Part shown: positions 59,424 through 64,000 of the stretch, piece by piece
Layout of the letters: every line of letters begins with the position of its first letter
How positions within the stretch are numbered: position 1 is the stretch's first letter
Source: Fibrobacterota bacterium
Lineage (GTDB): Bacteria > Fibrobacterota > Fibrobacteria > UBA11236
Assembly: GCA_043753995.1 (NCBI GenBank)
Contig: JAYUVP010000058.1
Coordinates: 1 to 64,000 of the forward strand
Direction of reading: 5' to 3'
Length of the DNA stretch: 64,000 bases
The notes under the pieces: generated by a model
Seen by the model: the letters and a program-made list of their open reading frames with translations, nothing else
Databases searched by the model: none
Told to the model about the DNA's origin: nothing
Translations under genes and position numbers: made by a program

Positions 59424-60416
59424 ATGCGCCTCCCAAACCGACTTTCCGTTTTCATTCTCCCCGCCAAAACGGCCCGCTGCGCCGCCCTAACTTTAGGACT
59501 GGCTCTTCCCGCCTTGGTTCCGGCGGCTATTTGTGATGCGACCTACCACCTACAAAGCGCCACCCAATACCTTTCCACGACTCAGGATGTGAACCAATTG
59601 GGCACGGCGACGGTGAAATCGCTGAGCTCGGATTTGAGTGATATGTCCTTCATTTTTGATTCGACCGGGTATCGCATCATCCACAGTTTTGAAGGCGCTT
59701 GCGGAACTTATACGGCTAAACCCATTAAATATCGAGTGCGCAATAAAGGCGAGAAGACTTTGGTCGATGGTGTGCAAAATGACATCTTGGTGCGACTATT
59801 CGATACGAATACCACCCTTCAGGGGTACGATTACAAATATTGGTTTGGCTTTGCGTCGAGTCCCGACAACCTGCTATTTCCCATTGGACAAACCAAGGAT
59901 GAGAATGCCAAATTCACGGCTTGGTATGGGACCGCTGTTTTTCAGGACTCCACGCGTGATAATGTTAGCGGACTATGGTCCTCGGGATGGTCGTATAAAG
60001 CCCAGGCAAATGGCCCCAGTGACTCCTTGGCCTTGGCCAAGCAAATCCTGCAAGGATGGAAGTCCGAGGTTTTCGACGCCAATCATAAAGGGTCCTTCAG
60101 GGTACAACTCATCAAGGTGACCTATGACACGGTGCCAAGCCCCACGGGTGTGCGGCAGTCCCGGAGTAAGGTTCAAAGGGTCTCCGGCTTTTCTGTTTCG
60201 CAAAATGGTGGCCAAGTCCGTATCACTCAGGGTAAGGCTGCTTTGGCGCCCATTCAACTCTTTGACATGCTAGGCCATAAGGTGGCACAACTCTATCCCA
60301 CCGGTGACACCTATTTGTGGAATGGCCGTAACCTGCAAGGCCACGCCGCCATCGGTGGCATTTATTTCGCCGAGTCTGCGGGCAAGGTCGTCGGCAAATT
60401 CTTGTTTACGCCTTGA
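59424..60416 (+). CDS. Secreted hypothetical protein with T9SS-like/FlgD-type C-terminal domain
   Basis: Signal peptide; PTGVR linker; LFDMLGHKV...WNGRN..G....GGIYF. Confidence 0.75.
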   Translation: MRLPNRLSVFILPAKTARCAALTLGLALPALVPAAICDATYHLQSATQYLSTTQDVNQLGTATVKSLSSDLSDMSFIFDSTGYRIIHSFEGACGTYTAKPIKYRVRNKGEKTLVDGVQNDILVRLFDTNTTLQGYDYKYWFGFASSPDNLLFPIGQTKDENAKFTAWYGTAVFQDSTRDNVSGLWSSGWSYKAQANGPSDSLALAKQILQGWKSEVFDANHKGSFRVQLIKVTYDTVPSPTGVRQSRSKVQRVSGFSVSQNGGQVRITQGKAALAPIQLFDMLGHKVAQLYPTGDTYLWNGRNLQGHAAIGGIYFAESAGKVVGKFLFTP

Positions 60417-60442
60417 AGGTGAGCCTTGCGGCACATCGCCGA

Positions 60443-61036
60443 TTAGAACAGCATCAATAGCTGGGGCTGATATTCGTCGGTAGGGTTTTTTCTTTTCCGA
60501 ATTTTTTTCCTGGGATCGCCGGCGGCTCCCAAGACCACGGCGGCTGCCCATTCTCGAATGCGGTCCACGGTGGGGTCGCTGCGTTCCATGCCCTGAGCAC
60601 CGCTTTTGCTTTGCTGAGGAATGGGAAAGATTCGCTTGCCTTCGGCCTTGGCCAGTTCCGCTTGCCCACCGAAACGCAAACCGCTTTCCGTGCGCGCTCC
60701 GGTGACATTCAATTGCAGATGGGTGGTGGTTTTTCCGGTGTCTTCCGTGATGCCTATGCCCCGGCTGCGAAATTGAAAAATCAACTCCTTGCGTATTTCT
60801 TCGCGAAAGCGAGTGGTGTCCCAACCTTGCGGTTCCAGCAAGGCCGAGAGGCTATCTGCTAAAATCAGGGGAGGCAAATAGAGCACGTCCTTGGGGGTGG
60901 CTTCTATCAGGGGTTGGGGAGGGGTGGAGTTTTTGGACGAGGCGCAATGGGTGAAAATCATGGCGCAAGCGAAGGCCATGCCGAATTGCGTTACTGTTCG
61001 GAGGGTCGAACGGGTCGATAAAAATGAAGTTGGCAT
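60443..61036 (-). CDS. Hypothetical lipoprotein
   Basis: FTHC lipobox-like site after a hydrophobic stretch. Confidence 0.6.
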   Translation of the reverse strand: MPTSFLSTRSTLRTVTQFGMAFACAMIFTHCASSKNSTPPQPLIEATPKDVLYLPPLILADSLSALLEPQGWDTTRFREEIRKELIFQFRSRGIGITEDTGKTTTHLQLNVTGARTESGLRFGGQAELAKAEGKRIFPIPQQSKSGAQGMERSDPTVDRIREWAAAVVLGAAGDPRKKIRKRKNPTDEYQPQLLMLF

Positions 61037-61105
61037 CTTTAAAAGATACCAATCACCTCCTGGCTTAGGAGGTTTGGGGCTTTTTGGCGGGGTACCGAGG
61101 TCGGC

Positions 61106-61996
61106 TCAATCGTCCTCAGTCAATGGAGGCGGAGCGAGGGAATAGGTGGGTAACTCACAGGTTTCGTCGATGAATTCGCTTTCATCTGGGATTTTTCCAT
61201 TTCGATACCGGTCGTCTTTCCAAATCAAAACCCATTCGACCGGGACTTTTTTAACTGAAGAGCTTGTGTCTATGGGAGGCACATTGTTTTTGAAATCAGA
61301 ATACGATTGATAAACTTCAGTCAGGTTTCTGGGAACCCTTGCCTCTTGAGTCCACATCCCCTGGGCATAGTACGAAGGATAACCAAATTCGTGTATGGCC
61401 AAATAAATCCCGCTAACTGGAACAGGAGTATTCATTGGCAATGGCTTGGCCTGTGGTGATGGCAATGGAGTCAATTGCCCAATCAAGTAGGGGACCTCGG
61501 ATAAGCTCATGGGGCGATTTGGCTTGAACCCACCATACCCGCCAACATTGGTGCCGAAAAATTGAAACATGTCCATGAGCTTTTCCGCGAGACGAAACAA
61601 TGCAATAGATTGCCTCGGAAGGCTGCGATATCCAATTTCTCTAAAAACATATCGGTCCTCAAATTGACGATCGTTAATAAAATCAGTTAAATCAGAACTC
61701 TCAAGGCATTCAATATACCCGGTGACGTCCCCACTTAAAATTTTTTTTAAACCACTTTGCAGTTTATCTAGGTAACCGAAAAATCCCTCCATTGCCAATC
61801 TTCGATCCTTATTGAATCCTGTCTTTTTAACGAACAATTCATATGCCTCTGCAAACACCACGAAATGTTCTTCAATTTTCTTGAGATAGGCAATGGAGGT
61901 ATAGCGAAAAATACGAGCATAGGCCAATTGCCTGTCTTTTTCGCCGATTGGAAAAATCCTCACATCAATTGGAGTGACTACGGTGTGATAGCTCAT
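61106..61996 (-). CDS. Putative immunity protein (Imm71/Imm72-like)
   Basis: Starts 12 nt after the toxin stop; R...RYTSIAYL N-terminal helix, VPVSGIY, W.LIW.D.RY..G.IPDE pattern recalled from Imm71/Imm72 proteins. Confidence 0.6.
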   Translation of the reverse strand: MSYHTVVTPIDVRIFPIGEKDRQLAYARIFRYTSIAYLKKIEEHFVVFAEAYELFVKKTGFNKDRRLAMEGFFGYLDKLQSGLKKILSGDVTGYIECLESSDLTDFINDRQFEDRYVFREIGYRSLPRQSIALFRLAEKLMDMFQFFGTNVGGYGGFKPNRPMSLSEVPYLIGQLTPLPSPQAKPLPMNTPVPVSGIYLAIHEFGYPSYYAQGMWTQEARVPRNLTEVYQSYSDFKNNVPPIDTSSSVKKVPVEWVLIWKDDRYRNGKIPDESEFIDETCELPTYSLAPPPLTEDD

Positions 61997-62008
61997 GGGA
62001 ATTCCAAA

Positions 62009-63850
62009 CTAGTGGGAGCGACTTTCTTGTACATCATGTCCCTTCAATGCTTTTTCACCAGCGACAACGGCTTTTTCGTAAAGCCAATCCGGTTTTTTAG
62101 AGGCTCTTTCAGATGCAGGTAAAAATTGGGTCTCCACTGTTTTGTTGGGAACTCGAACACTTTCCAACTCCTCCTTACCCCAAAAGGTGCGCATTCGAGG
62201 CAGGGATTTCGCTGCCTTTTGGGCATGGCGGTTTGATTCGTAGCTGAAATCGACGACCAATTGGGTGGCACCGCCAGGCAAGTATTGGCCTTCAGCATCA
62301 TTGGACAAGATCTTTTCTTTTTTCCGGACAGTTTTTGCGGAATCCAATTGGCTCGCAACCTTGCCTTCCCAAACAAATAGTCCTTGGTCAGGTACGGTCA
62401 TTTCAACATAGAATCCATTATTAGACCACCTTTCGAGTACAGCGTAATCTTCACGCCACACCTTGCCATTTGGAGGTAAGGAGAGAGCCCAGAACAAGCC
62501 GTCGGAAGGTCGGTTGTGCTGTATGACGCGATAGATTTTGGTGCCCGGCGCTAATCGTACCGGCCTAATAGAGCCGCTAAAAGATTCGATGGTTTCAAAA
62601 ACATCCTCTTTTCCATTCAATTTAGCGTGCTTTCCCTTCTTCAAATCCGGCCAACCCTCTATATGCCGGTAATGCAAATCGGGATCGCTTGCCGGAAAGT
62701 GCATTTCGCTCGCGACCCATTTTTTGCCTTCTGGGGTGTCGATGAGGCGCGCCTCGACTTCGCGAGTTTGGCTGACCTTGGATTTAGGTATGGTATGAAA
62801 CTCGCCTTGATAAACCTGTTGCTGCACTTCCTTGAGAATGCGATTTAATTCTTTGACGCAAGAGGGTATCATGGCTTCGCCCTTGGTTTTTAGCTCGCCA
62901 ATAGCCTGTTGTAATTGTTCGAGGCGTTTGACCATGTCCTCGGGGAGGAAGCGTCGATAGGCCTTTTGTACCGCAGCCAGTCCTTGATCCACTCGCTGGC
63001 AAATTTGACGCCATTGCCCCACGAGACCAGCAGAATGCTTTTCGAGATTGAGCTGTTTCAGCCAATCCTGGGCCTTGCCCCAACCCATGCGATTTAAAAA
63101 TGCAATGCATTCACCGATGGCTTGGGTGGGAATGTGGGCTTTCTTTGCACCCCTCGCCAAGAGTTTACCCACGCCTTTGAGAGCGCCGCCCACTACAGGA
63201 ATCAAGGCCAGCAAGGTGACGGTTAAATCAAGCCAGGTCCACTTGTCTTCGCGCTTTTTCGGGTCATTGGCCATACCGAGCACAATGCCGATAACATCAC
63301 GAATGTCGGTGATTTCACCCAAGACAGGAATACAACTAATCACGGCATCGACAACAACCTGGCTGGTGGATTGCTGCTCATTGAAATTGCCTTGTATGGT
63401 TCCCCAAATCCAACTTCCGACGCGAGTAACCAAGGCTTTCTCGGCAGGCTGGGCTTTATCGCTGCGGCTCGGAGCCTGCTGCACTAGGGCCATGGCCTCA
63501 GATTCTTGGAGTTGGCTTTTATAGGAGGCATTGCTTGGTGCCTGCGGCAGCATATAGGGTCGCGCGTCGGGACCGAATTGAACTCGAATCGGTTCACCCT
63601 TCACATGGCGCACCATGGCCTTGCCTTTTTCATCCAATTCGCCACGCAATTGGGAGCCATCAGAAAATTCAATGAGGAAGGGAGCTTTGCAAACCGGTGA
63701 TCCATCGTGATAGCGATGATCGAGGGTCAGTGTTGAATCAATAATTTCGAGATAATGAATGCGGCCGCTGGCGAGGTCGAGTGGAGATGTTTTTCCGTTG
63801 GGTCCTTTTACCACGGTGGAATTTTGAGAAGGTAAGTCGGACTGTGGCAT
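62009..63850 (-). CDS. Polymorphic toxin / T6SS effector with FIX domain and C-terminal toxin domain
   Basis: WIWGTIQGNFNE.QS.SQVVVDAVIS.IPVLGEITDIRD...W.DL...LLALIPVVGGALKGVGK (FIX-like); C-terminal YRV...FW...YAV..WS.NG.Y...WEG.VASQ...LPGG.TQ. Confidence 0.75.
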   Translation of the reverse strand: MPQSDLPSQNSTVVKGPNGKTSPLDLASGRIHYLEIIDSTLTLDHRYHDGSPVCKAPFLIEFSDGSQLRGELDEKGKAMVRHVKGEPIRVQFGPDARPYMLPQAPSNASYKSQLQESEAMALVQQAPSRSDKAQPAEKALVTRVGSWIWGTIQGNFNEQQSTSQVVVDAVISCIPVLGEITDIRDVIGIVLGMANDPKKREDKWTWLDLTVTLLALIPVVGGALKGVGKLLARGAKKAHIPTQAIGECIAFLNRMGWGKAQDWLKQLNLEKHSAGLVGQWRQICQRVDQGLAAVQKAYRRFLPEDMVKRLEQLQQAIGELKTKGEAMIPSCVKELNRILKEVQQQVYQGEFHTIPKSKVSQTREVEARLIDTPEGKKWVASEMHFPASDPDLHYRHIEGWPDLKKGKHAKLNGKEDVFETIESFSGSIRPVRLAPGTKIYRVIQHNRPSDGLFWALSLPPNGKVWREDYAVLERWSNNGFYVEMTVPDQGLFVWEGKVASQLDSAKTVRKKEKILSNDAEGQYLPGGATQLVVDFSYESNRHAQKAAKSLPRMRTFWGKEELESVRVPNKTVETQFLPASERASKKPDWLYEKAVVAGEKALKGHDVQESRSH

Positions 63851-63889
63851 ATTCAGAAGGAGGTGCAGATTGAAATAAATTTGCGGGTA

Positions 63890-64000
63890 CTAAGTGGCCG
63901 GAGTCATCGGTGGCAAGGAGGCGGGTGGTTCATCGTCGTTTGTATCAGCATGGCCATCGGGATGTCCAGGCAATACTTGGTTCGTAAGGGATTGGCCTTT
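63890..64000 (-). CDS. C-terminal fragment of an upstream gene that runs out of the window
   Basis: Open frame KGQSLTNQVLPGHPDGHADTNDDEPPASLPPMTPAT* ending 39 nt before the toxin start. Confidence 0.35.
   Translation of the reverse strand, partial: KGQSLTNQVLPGHPDGHADTNDDEPPASLPPMTPAT

Noticed and set aside
1..64000. CRISPR array, tRNA/rRNA, transposase or integrase
   Set aside because: No regularly spaced repeats, cloverleaf or rRNA signatures, or DDE/tyrosine recombinase motifs were seen by eye.

Overview
64 kb of bacterial chromosome, most likely from a member of Fibrobacterota. This is inferred from a TIGR02147-family gene, a PorV-like beta-barrel and many exported proteins with T9SS-like C-terminal domains. 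The region is gene-dense. It holds two GSDH/PQQ-type beta-propeller dehydrogenases and a diheme cytochrome c, an ExbB-ExbD-TonB-TBDT-lipoprotein operon, a VanW/methyltransferase islet, TerC and MPG, a GT4 gene coupled to an alkaline-phosphatase/EEP fusion, and a YtrA-type GntR operon with its operator. It also holds a type III PKS / His-Glu-motif membrane protein / UbiG-like O-methyltransferase cluster, a TIGR02147-led export operon, MscS, OmpA, a split Yej/Opp ABC system, an orphan HipB-like gene with two operators, a second peptide ABC system followed by sbcDC, GT9, and a FIX-domain toxin-immunity pair at the right end. The best candidates for undescribed biology are the three-gene PKS cluster (possible polyketide quinone or phenolic-lipid pathway using a new di-metal membrane enzyme), the FIX effector with an unassigned toxin domain, and surface export of redox enzymes through T9SS-like tails. 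I saw no rRNA, tRNA, CRISPR array or intact transposase. All family calls come from recognising motifs by eye; no database searches were run.
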